From the sequence record PQ287320.1: 64,000 nucleotides of DNA. One strand, written 5' to 3'. Each line of letters starts with the position of its first letter. Positions within the stretch are counted from its first letter, which is position 1. The notes below the pieces were generated by a model. The model was not told the origin of the DNA. It saw nothing but the letters and a program-made list of their open reading frames with translations, and did no database searches. Below, one piece after another: positions 13,031 through 21,959 of the stretch. A program made the position numbers and the translations under genes.

Positions 13031-16000
13031 CCGATTACACGCCGATCCTGCATCTCCCCGAGGTCGCGCCCAACCAGAACCAGAAGGAAGACACGATCAA
13101 CACCGCGCTCGCCATCCTGGAGAGCGCGATGAACAATGTGAAGCCCTACACCCTCTCGGGCGCGGGGCCGTTCGCCCTGACCGAAGACGACCACACCCGT
13201 TATTTCCTGCACCGCTTTTCGGGCCAGACCGCCGCCTATGAGATCACCGTGCCGGCCGGCCAGCCCCGCTGGTTCGCGGTCGAGAACGCCGGCGACTACG
13301 CCATCACCCTGCGCTGCGCGGGCGTCACCGGCGGCCTGCCGTTCGAGGTCCCGCCCGGCAAGATCGGCCTCGTCGTCTCCGATGGCGCCGACCTGCGGAC
13401 CATCGTCCCGCAGTCGGGCATGGGCCTGCTCCAGGACCTCTCGGACGTCTCGGGCGTGCCGATCGACAAGCAGGTCCTGCGCTACGACGCCGCCTCCAGC
13501 CTTTGGAAGCCGTCGACCTTCACCCTCACCTTCACCAATCTGACCGACACGCCCAGCAACTACCTGGGGTCGAACGGAAAGATCGTCGCGGTCAACGCCG
13601 ACGGCACGGGCCTGGAATTCATCTCCTCGGCCGCCAACGTCAACTCGTTTGTCGACCTCGACGACACCCCTAGCAGCTATTCGGGCGCGGCGGGGCTGAC
13701 CGTCAAGGTCTCCTCGGGCGGCACGGGCCTGATCTTCGCCCGCCCTACCTTCCTGGAGGCCTCCGACACCCCTAGCAGCTACAGCGGTCAGGCCAAGAAG
13801 TTTCCGCGTGTCAAGTCCGACATGTCGGGCCTGGAGTTCGACAGCGTCCGTCTGACCGACCTGTCCGACGGGCCGGGGACCTTTTCGGGCGCGGCCGGCA
13901 TGTTCCTGCGGGTCAAGAACGACGGCACCGGCTTTGAGTTCAACACCGGCTCGGGCGGCCCCGACAATTTCCTGGACCTGACCGACACGCCGAACGCGTA
14001 CACGGGTCAGGGAAACAAGGCCGTGCGCGTCAAGACCGACGTCAGCGGCCTGGAGTTCTACACCCCGACCCTGGTGGGCCTGGGCGATACGCCGGCCAAT
14101 TACACCGGCGCGGCCAACAAGGTCCTGCGCGTCAACGGGTCGGGCAACGCGGTCATCTTCAGCACCCTGGCCTTCCAGGACCTCTCCAACGTCGCCGCTG
14201 GCGAGGCCAACAAGTGGCTGCGCTGGAACCCGAACGGCAACGGGATCATCAACGACATCCCGACCTTCCTGGGGCTGGCCGACACGCCCAACGCCTATGC
14301 TGGCAACGAGGGCAAGTTCATCTATGTCAAGGGGACGGTTCGGGCCTGGGCTTCTCGGCCTCGTCGGTCAACCTTTCGTACCTGGAACTGAACGACACCA
14401 CCGATACGAGCTACAGCGGCAAGACCGACATGGCCCCGATCGTGACGATCGTGGCCGGAACGCCGGTCCTGCAACTGGGCTTCCACAAGTTCAGCAAGCT
14501 CTCGGGCGTCAGCCTGTCCTCGCCGGCCGACGGCCAAATCCTCGGCTACAACGCCGCTCTGGACATCTGGACCAACATCGACGCCCCTGAGGGCGGGGGC
14601 GGCGGTTCGATCGGCGTGCCCTCGTTCGGCCCGCATACCTACTGGCGCCTGCTCCTGCACACCACGGATGGCTCGACCGTCCAGTACGGCATCCAGGAAA
14701 TCCAGTTCAAGCACTCCAAGACCGGCCCGGACTTGGCCAATGGCGGCACCGCCTCGGCCAGCAGCGACGAGTTCGGCACCGTCACGGGCGCCTTCGACAA
14801 CGTGATCAGCGGGGCGTGGTTCTCCACGTCCGCCGCCGACGGGGAGTGGATCAAGTACCAGTTCCCGGCCCGGCCGACGTCCGCTACATGACCATCCAGG
14901 GCTCGCAATCGCAGCCCACGACCTCGCCGGCCTCGTTCTCGGTCCAATACAGCGACGACAACTCGGCCTGGACCACCGCCTGGGAAGTGACCGGACAGAC
15001 CGGCTGGGCGCCGGGGCAAATCCGCGAATTCCACGCCCCGATCGACCTCTTCTTCACCGATCTGGCCGACGCGCCGCCGAGCTACATCGGCCAAGGTCTC
15101 AAGGCCTTGCGCGTCAATTCCGGTGAGACGGCCCTGGAGTTCTTCACCTTCCCGACGATCCCGACGTCGCTGAACGATCTGACCGATGTCACGATTTCCG
15201 GGACCCCGACCGACGGGCAGGTCCTGGCCTATGACGCGGACGCGGCGGTGTTCAAGCCGACCTCGGTCCCCGGCGTCACCCCGACCGCCTTCACCGACCT
15301 GACCGACGCCCCGACCAGCTACGCCGGCGAGGGCGGCAATGCCGTGCGGGTCAAGATGACCGAGGACGGCCTGGAGTTCTACACCCCCGGCACGGGCGGC
15401 GGTGGCGGGGCGGCTGGCGCGGCGCCTGGGCGGCGGGGGCCGAGCAGGTCACGCTCAATTTCGAGACCGCTTCGCTCAACCCGGCCTTCACCTACGATGC
15501 GGCGGGCTTTGCGGCCGTCGTTCAGCCGGACGCCACGGCCGGGACGACCTACGCTTTGAAGTTCCGCCCGATCGGCAACGGCGGGCTCTGCTACTGCGAA
15601 CTTCCGATCGCGGACGTCCTCGCCGTCGCCAGTCTGAAGGTCCGCTACAAGGTCTCCTCGGAAGGCCCGGACTACTTCCGAATCCTCCAGGATGGCTCGC
15701 AGGTTCTCCAGGACAGCGGCACCGGGGGCGGCTGGGAGGAATTCTCGCTGGCCACGACCGGCGATCATACCCTGCGGTTCCAGTACAGCAAGGACGGCTC
15801 GCTGGCGGTCGGGGACGACACCGTCTACATCTCCCAGATCGTCTACTTCAAGACGCTCGACAACCCCTACGTCTACGGCGACACGGTCTCCTACCAGGGA
15901 TCGTACTGGTTCTGCCGTCAGCCGGGGACCACGAGTGAGCCGGGCGACGGCGATGACTGGATCAGGCTCCCGGAGGGGCTGGCCAACCTCGATGACGTCG

Positions 16001-17769
16001 ATTTCTCTTCGCCGCCTGAAAACGGGCAGGCCCTGATCTACGATGCCCTGTCGAACAAGTTCAAGCCCGGCGACGTCGCCTCCGGCGGTGGATCGGGCGG
16101 CAACACCTACTATGTGGGTCTGCCGCCGCGCACGCGCCTCCACCGCGTGGCGACCCAGGCGGTCGCGACCGCGACCTGGACCGCCGTTCAGTGGGACACC
16201 GAGGTCGAGGACGCCGTCAACGCCTTCACCAGCGGCGCCAACACCCGTGTCACCGTGCCCGTCGGCGTCACCAAGGCGCGGGTGACGGGCTATGTCACCT
16301 GGGCCTCGAACCTGACCGGCGCCAGCATCGTCGGGGCGGCCCTGCGACGCAACGGCGTCGAGACGGGCAGCACCGGCGGCTCCCGGATCGTCGCCTCGCG
16401 CTCGGGTCAGTATGAGTCTCATCTCAACCTGACGTCGGAGTGGTTCAGCGTCACGCCGGGTGATTATTACGAACTCTTCGTCCTTCAGCAGTCGGGCGTT
16501 TCCGCAAATCTGAACGGGCCGGTCTCCAATTTCGGCGAGAACACCTATCTCCAGTTCGAGTGGGATGACGGCACGCCGCTCACCGCGATTGAGGCGGGCG
16601 ACAACCACGCCCCGCACCAGGGCTGGCGTATGCTCGTTCTGGAGAGCCAGACTGACACCTATGCGACCATTTCGGAACTGAAGTTCTACGATCGTTCGGG
16701 GGTGCAGGTCCCGACCACGGGCGGCAAGCTTTACGACACCTACTCCCACGCCTCCTATCCGGTCCAGAACGCCTTCGACGGCAACACCTCCACCTACTGG
16801 TCCTCGACCCAGCCCACCTCGACGGGGCCGATCGCCGGCCCCGGCTACATCTTCTCTGCGGGCGTCGATGTCGGGTCGGTCAAGATCACCTCGACGGGCA
16901 CGGACTTCAACGCCACCAACTCGCCCAAGAACTTCGTCATCCAGTACAGCGATGATCGAGGGGCGACTTGGACGACCTATAAGACCTTCACGGGTCAGAC
17001 CGGATGGGGGGACAAGGAAGAGCGGACCTTCGTTCTGCCGACGGTTGGCGACGCGCGCGTTGCCGGAGCCCGGACCCTGGACGAGTTGCGCGATGTTTCG
17101 ATCGGGACGCCCAAGCATGGCGATCTCCTGGCCTACGACATCGCCTCGGGGACCTGGAAGCAGAAGACCGTGTTCGGCTGGGGGCCGCCCGTGGCCAGCG
17201 ATTTCCCGACGGCGGTCGGGGCGGTTGCGCTGACCCTGGCCAACGATGCCGACGCCGGCCTGACCGTGGATTGCGGCGCCGCCGCCTCGGGAGACGTCCA
17301 GCGGGCGGTTCTCAAGAGCTTGCCGGCATCGGGCGACTGGATGGTGACCGCCAAGATCGTCGATCACCTCTCGCCGGTCTATTACAACGCCGTGGGCCTG
17401 ATGCTGCGGGAATCGTCCACCGGTAAGCTGGTGCTGTTCGGCTGCGAGATCGCCGGGTCGGCCTATCCGGTTCCGATGCGGCAGGTGCGCTATTCGCGTC
17501 TGCCCGGTCTTTCCGGATTCACGGCGAACGACTATGGCCGCGCCTCGCCCTCGATGCCTCAGTGGTATCGCCTCACCTTCAATGCCGCGACGTCGACTCT
17601 GAAGGCGGAGGTCTCCACCGACGGCAAGTTCTGGCGGACGGTCGTTTCCCAGGCCGTGACCACCGGCTTTACGACCGCACCGAACCAGATCGGCTTGGGC
17701 TGCTCGTTGAACTACTCCGACACCCAGAACGCCATGTTCTCGGTTCCCTACTGGTCGCAAAGCTGGTAG
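13027..17769 (+). CDS. Long tail fibre / receptor-binding protein with ~10 DTP repeats and two F5/8-type-C-like domains; breaks near 14335, 14870 and 15425
   Basis: N-terminus is paralogous to the previous gene. It has repeats of F.DL.DTP..Y.G...K..RV.....GLEF, discoidin-like segments (AFD....YWSS; FSVQYSDD...WTT) and a beta-rich C-terminus ending TAG 17769. Confidence 0.82.
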
Positions 17770-17772
17770 GAG

Positions 17773-17812
17773 TGTCGTGAATCTTGACATCCACATATTC
17801 CGGGGGCATAGT
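17773..17812 (+). promoter_or_regulatory. Lysis promoter: operator motif plus TTGACA-N17-CATAGT
   Basis: TGTCGTGAATCTTGACA at 17773-17789; -35 TTGACA 17784-17789; -10-like CATAGT 17807-17812, upstream of the endolysin. Confidence 0.65.
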
Positions 17813-17847
17813 CAAGCCCTGATTTCGAAGCTTCCCGGAACCCCGAC

Positions 17848-18486
17848 ATGCGTGTCTCCGACGCCGGCCTCAAACTGATCCAGGCCTGGGAGGGTCTTGG
17901 TGACGGTAATCCCGCCACCGTCGATCTCGAACCCTATATCTGCCCGGCTAAAGTCTGGACCGTCGGCTGGGGCCACGCCCTGAAAACGCCCACCGGCCAG
18001 ATCATCGACGTGGACGTTTTCGGCGCCGCCAGGGCCAAGGCCCTGGCGGCTGAATCCATGCAGCGCAAGTTCGGCAAGGGCGCGATCACCAAGGATCAGG
18101 CCCTGGCCCTGCTGCGCGAGGACGTGACCTTCTTCGAGCGTCAGGTCGAGAAGATCACCAACGCCAGCGCCGCCCAGGCCGAGTTCGACGCCCTGGTGTC
18201 GTTCGCCTATAACTGCGGCGTCGCCAACCTCCAGTCCTCGACCCTGCTGCGGATGCACAACGCCGGCAAGCGCCGCGTGGGCGACGTCTCGCTGACCGAT
18301 CTCTGCCAGAAGAGCAAGCTGTCGACGCCGATCGACAACGTCGCCGTCGCCTTCGTCCGCTGGAACAAGTTCAACGGCAAGTGGGCGCTGGGGCTCTTCC
18401 GCCGCCGCCTGTCGGAGGCCCTGGTGTACGGCGGCCACAACGTCGACGAGGCGGTCAAGGCCGCCCAGGGCTTCAAGGGCTGCTGA
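17848..18486 (+). CDS. Endolysin, GH24 phage lysozyme
   Basis: IQAWEG..PYICPAKVWTVGWGH (E..C/D..T catalytic triad) and FDALVSFAYNCG, SSTLLR, GLFRRR. Confidence 0.92.
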   Translation: MRVSDAGLKLIQAWEGLGDGNPATVDLEPYICPAKVWTVGWGHALKTPTGQIIDVDVFGAARAKALAAESMQRKFGKGAITKDQALALLREDVTFFERQVEKITNASAAQAEFDALVSFAYNCGVANLQSSTLLRMHNAGKRRVGDVSLTDLCQKSKLSTPIDNVAVAFVRWNKFNGKWALGLFRRRLSEALVYGGHNVDEAVKAAQGFKGC

Positions 18487-18488
18487 TC

Positions 18489-18976
18489 ATGAGCCTGTTC
18501 GGCATCATCGCCCTGGCCTGGAAGTTCTTCCTCAACCCGGCGGTCATGGGCGTCGTGTTCGCGGCGATCGCGGCCCTGAGCGGACTGTGGTTCCTCGGCG
18601 GCCCGGCGCTCTTCTGGAAGGTGATCCGCGACGCGCGCCTGTGGCTCCTGGTCGCCGTGGCGTCCGTGGTCTTCGGCTACGGCCATCTCCAGGCCAAGCT
18701 CGAACAGACCGAGAAGCGCCTGGAGCAGGTCGAGAACCAGAAGCGGTCCCACGACGACGGCCAGGAGGTCGTCAAGAACAACATCAAAAAGCAGGTCAGG
18801 CGCGCCAAGCAGGCGGCCAAGTACCAAGAGGTTATCCACGATGCCCGACTGGCGAAAAGCTCGACGCGCTCCTCGACGAGTTCGCGCGCGAGCAAGGCGT
18901 TCCTGATCCCCGCCCTGCTGACGCTCAGCCTGACTCTGGCGGCGTGTCAAAGCGTCCCGGTCGGATTCTCCCCTGA
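18489..18976 (+). CDS. Inner-membrane spanin (Rz-like); 1-nt break at ~18845
   Basis: N-terminal transmembrane segments followed by a coiled coil. Adding one C to atgcccga (18841) carries the frame through PTGEKLDALLDEF.. to TGA 18976. Confidence 0.78.
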
Positions 18977-19229
18977 CGACCTCTACCCCAAGGAACTGCG
19001 GACCTGCACCGCTGATCCCAAGGTCCCGCTGCGCCCGGCGCCCGCCCTGCCGCGCGCCGAGGACGACCAGACCGGCTACGTCAAGAACCTGAAGCTCGCC
19101 GCCGCCGACTGCCGCGACAAGGTGGAGTCCTGGAACGAACGCGCGGTCAAGTACGAAGCCCAGTACAAGGACATGAACGCCAGCCCGGTCAGCAAGCTGT
19201 TCGGCCGGCTCAAGGGCAAGAAGCAGTGA
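18841..19229 (+). CDS. Outer-membrane lipoprotein spanin (Rz1-like), overlapping the i-spanin
   Basis: With the same +1 C correction, ATG 18841 gives MPRLAKSSTRSSTSSRASKAFLIPALLTLSLTLAA-C, a signal peptide with lipobox LAAC, followed by a Pro/Cys-containing periplasmic region. Confidence 0.8.
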
Positions 19230-19725
19230 CCGTCCGCGCCTCCAACTTGCCGCCGTGGGTGGCGGCTCCGCTGCGCGTCTGCGGCAACTTCTTCCGCTGG
19301 GTCCGCGAGACCCTGGACATGCTCTGCGACCGTCCCGACCACCTCCAGCGGCTGGCGATCATCGGGGCGGGCATGTCGCTGTTCCCCATGGTCGCGATCA
19401 TGGTCTGGATCGTCTGGAAGGGCTTTGGCGAGCGCCCCGAACTGATGTCCCAGCAACTGGGAATTCTCGGCAACGCCCTCTATGGCGTGCTGGGCCTGTT
19501 CGCCATCGCGATCATCGCGCTCCTTGGCATCGTGCGCGGCATCCGCGTCAGCGGGCCGGGCGGCGTCAACTTCGAGGTCGAGACCACCGCCGGCAACGAT
19601 GACGGCCCCAGCCTCTCCCCGGTGAACAACACCACGATCGTCGAGCGGGGTCGTCGCTACGGCCGCGATCACGATTGCGACCCCAATCCCCTGCCGGCTC
19701 TGGCGCCGGCGCTATCACGGAGTAG
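19226..19725 (+). CDS. Putative holin (two transmembrane segments); 1-nt break at ~19690
   Basis: Two hydrophobic helices and a charged C-terminus, directly after endolysin and spanins. The corrected frame ends at TAG 19723-19725. Confidence 0.55.
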
Positions 19726-19730
19726 GGACC

Positions 19731-19892
19731 ATGCGCGAAGGCTTCATGCTGGAAGGCTATGGCGGTCTGAAGATCGGCGACGGCGGCTCGAACGGCCTCG
19801 TCGACGGTCTGATCGGCGGCATCCTGCCGATCAAGGACGACATCTCCGGCGACGGCGGGACCGAGATCATCTCCCGCGACGACTACGGCTAG
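19731..19892 (+). CDS. 53-aa Gly/Asp-rich small protein (absent from the ORF track)
   Basis: RBS ggagtaggga then ATG; MREGFMLEGYGGLKIGDGGSNGLVDGLIGGILPIKDDISGDGGTEIISRDDYG*; strong GC3 codon bias matching neighbouring genes. Confidence 0.65.
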   Translation: MREGFMLEGYGGLKIGDGGSNGLVDGLIGGILPIKDDISGDGGTEIISRDDYG

Positions 19893-19915
19893 ACCCTCTG
19901 CGACATACGGTCGCA

Positions 19916-19955
19916 TGTCGTGATCCTTGACAGATCAGCGTTCTTAGAGTATGGT
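19916..19955 (+). promoter_or_regulatory. Sigma70-type promoter TTGACA-N17-TATGGT with overlapping operator
   Basis: TGTCGTGATCCTTGACA 19916-19932; -35 at 19927-19932; -10 at 19950-19955. Confidence 0.75.
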
Positions 19956-19961
19956 TCGCGC

Positions 19962-20259
19962 CACTTGACGGCATCCCACCGTCCCCCATGGCTCGCGGCC
20001 CACCGTTCGCAGGGACACGTTCGCGACCAAAGCGGTAGCCGGAACGACGCTAGGCCGTAAGGTCAAAGCCTCCGGAACACGCGGTAGCCGGCTGGAACGC
20101 TAGGCCTCCTCGTCCAAACGGGGTCATAGTCTGTGAGGCGCAAGCCAAAAGGCCCCACCACCCGACAAGGGTTCACGCGTGATGCGGAAGACGGGCGTCA
20201 GCCCTGAAGAGTCTCAGATACAGGAAGACCCGCCGGAGCGATCCGGCGGGTTTTCTTTT
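19962..20259 (+). ncRNA. Unassigned structured non-coding RNA candidate (~290 nt)
   Basis: Bounded by a strong promoter and an intrinsic terminator; no ORF with an RBS; GNRA hairpins (ggcc-GTAA-ggtc, ggc-GCAA-gcc); duplicated module GCGGTAGCCGG..ACGCTAGGCC. Confidence 0.6.
20224..20259 (+). terminator. Intrinsic terminator (probably bidirectional)
   Basis: gaagacccgccgga-GCGA-tccggcgggttttc followed by tttt, between converging transcription units. Confidence 0.85.
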
Positions 20260-20279
20260 GCCAGGACGGAGGAGATCGC

Positions 20280-21059
20280 CTAGCGCTTGGCCTTGGACAG
20301 GGTCGGGGACAGGTCGCCGATCTTGCCGACCACCTTGCCGAGGATCGCGATCTTCTTGGGATCGACGTCGACGTGGTCCTTCAGGTCCGCGTCGTAGACC
20401 CGGTAGGGACCGGTCTTGATCGGGCGGGTGATGTGGGCGACCCGCATGACCTTGTCCATCCCGTAGACGAACTCGCCGCCGGCCGTGTTGGGCTCGACGT
20501 CGCGGCGCACCACCGCCATGTCGCCCGGCTTGAGCGACGGGGTGAAATCGTTGATGATCGCCAGGGCCAGTTCCGTCGCGTCGGCCTCGAAGCGCTCATA
20601 GAGCCAGTCGGGGTCGAGGTTCCAGGTCCGCAGGCGGGTGAACTCGCCGGTCCGGCCCTTGAAGGCGACTTCCTCGATCGGGTTCTGCGGACCGACGCCA
20701 AACGCGATATATTCGGGCGTGGTCTTCAGGACGTGGGCGATCTGCTCCAGCACGTCGATGTGCGGCTTGACGCTGTCGGTCTCGTACATGATGTACGCAG
20801 TGCGGGCCATCGGCCGACGCTCGCCGGCTTGGCGCGGCGCCCAGCCCGGCTTGGTGCTGTTGTCCTTGCGGGACGTGCTTTGCTGGGTGAGGTAGACCAT
20901 GTTGGCGACCTGGACCTGCGTCAGGTCGAGGGCCTTGCGGCAGGCGGCGATGCGCTGACCGATGGTCTGAGGATGCTCCAAATCCGCATCCTTGTGGATC
21001 AGGGAACGAGCGCGGTGGGCCGTTCGGTCCATCGGCTTCAGTTCAGCCACGGCTTGCAT
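20280..21059 (-). CDS. XRE-family HTH transcriptional regulator with S24-like C-terminal domain (phage repressor-like)
   Basis: TIGQRIAACRKALDLTQVQVA..YIMYETDSVKPHIDVLEQIAHVL..EYIAFG HTH; C-terminal P.LKPGD.AVV..ILGKVVG; RBS ggaggag before ATG 21059. Confidence 0.8.
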   Translation of the reverse strand: MQAVAELKPMDRTAHRARSLIHKDADLEHPQTIGQRIAACRKALDLTQVQVANMVYLTQQSTSRKDNSTKPGWAPRQAGERRPMARTAYIMYETDSVKPHIDVLEQIAHVLKTTPEYIAFGVGPQNPIEEVAFKGRTGEFTRLRTWNLDPDWLYERFEADATELALAIINDFTPSLKPGDMAVVRRDVEPNTAGGEFVYGMDKVMRVAHITRPIKTGPYRVYDADLKDHVDVDPKKIAILGKVVGKIGDLSPTLSKAKR

Positions 21060-21259
21060 ATTCGTTTCTCCTCCGTCCGTCGAGAACCGCGTCATCAGGT
21101 GTCTGTGTAACCCGTGACATTCGCGATGGTTCCGCGACGCAACGTAACCTGTCGATATTGACAAATCGGGGTGTACACCCTCTTTGGCAACACATCAAGG
21201 CCAACATCGTAAAAATGTTGCGGAGGCGACTTAGCGCCCTGGAGGAGGGTCCGGGGCCT

Positions 21260-21943
21260 TTAAGCCCCGGTCGATCCGAACCCCCCGGCGCCCCGTTCGG
21301 TCTCGGTCAGGCTGTCGACCTCGACCACCGGCGCGATCAGGCACTGCTCAAGGATGATCTGGGCGATGCGGTCGCCCGGATTGATCACCACGTTCTCGCC
21401 CATGAAGGGCGCGCCGAAGATGTCGTTCTGGATGCCATGGTGGGTCAGGATCACCTTGACCTCGCCGGTGTAGTCGGCGTCCACCACGCCGGCCAGGACG
21501 CCCAGGCCCTTGACGCCCAGCCCCGAGCGGGGGGCGACGCGGGCGTAGGTCCCTTCGGGCGCGGTGATCGCCAGCCCGGTCGGCAGCAAGGCGCGCTGGC
21601 CCGGTCGCAGGGTGACCGGCTCGGCCCCGTCATAATAGACGTCGAGGCCGGCGGCCTTCGGCGACCCGCGCGTCGGGAGCTTGGCGGTTTCGGTCAGACG
21701 CTTGACCAACAGGACAGGGCCGTCGTGCTTCACCTTGGTCAACTCCCTCGCCTCATCCCAGGACAGGTACTTCAGATCGCGCGTGAACCGGCCATAGATC
21801 GCGACGTTCTGGCCAGCGCCCGAACAGACGTCCGCCTCGATGCCGGCGCCCCGAAGGGCGTCGGCGAGGCCGTAAGCCTGTTCGGCTTGCGCGGTCCGTT
21901 GATAGAAGACGGTAGCTCGGCCGTAAAGGGTGCTCGGGGACAT
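21260..21943 (-). CDS. dut: dUTPase (trimeric) with ~70-aa N-terminal extension
   Basis: AAGLDV, RVAPRSGL, GVVDADYTGEV, GDRIAQII and RGAGGFGSTG (motifs I-V). Confidence 0.93.
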   Translation of the reverse strand: MSPSTLYGRATVFYQRTAQAEQAYGLADALRGAGIEADVCSGAGQNVAIYGRFTRDLKYLSWDEARELTKVKHDGPVLLVKRLTETAKLPTRGSPKAAGLDVYYDGAEPVTLRPGQRALLPTGLAITAPEGTYARVAPRSGLGVKGLGVLAGVVDADYTGEVKVILTHHGIQNDIFGAPFMGENVVINPGDRIAQIILEQCLIAPVVEVDSLTETERGAGGFGSTGA

Positions 21944-21959
21944 TTTTGCAGGCCTCTGG

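Noticed and set aside
19731-19892. 53-aa peptide as a RiPP precursor
   Set aside because: No lasso, microviridin or other leader signature, and no maturation enzymes in the window.
20060-20100. Resemblance to a c-di-GMP-I riboswitch (CAAAGCCUCCGG..GGUAGCCGG)
   Set aside because: The GGCAAA and GGRCGC junction nucleotides are missing and the P3 helix does not pair properly.
20204-20230. Hammerhead-like CUGAAGA core
   Set aside because: It is not followed by stem II plus GAAA, and there is no stem III or UH cleavage site.
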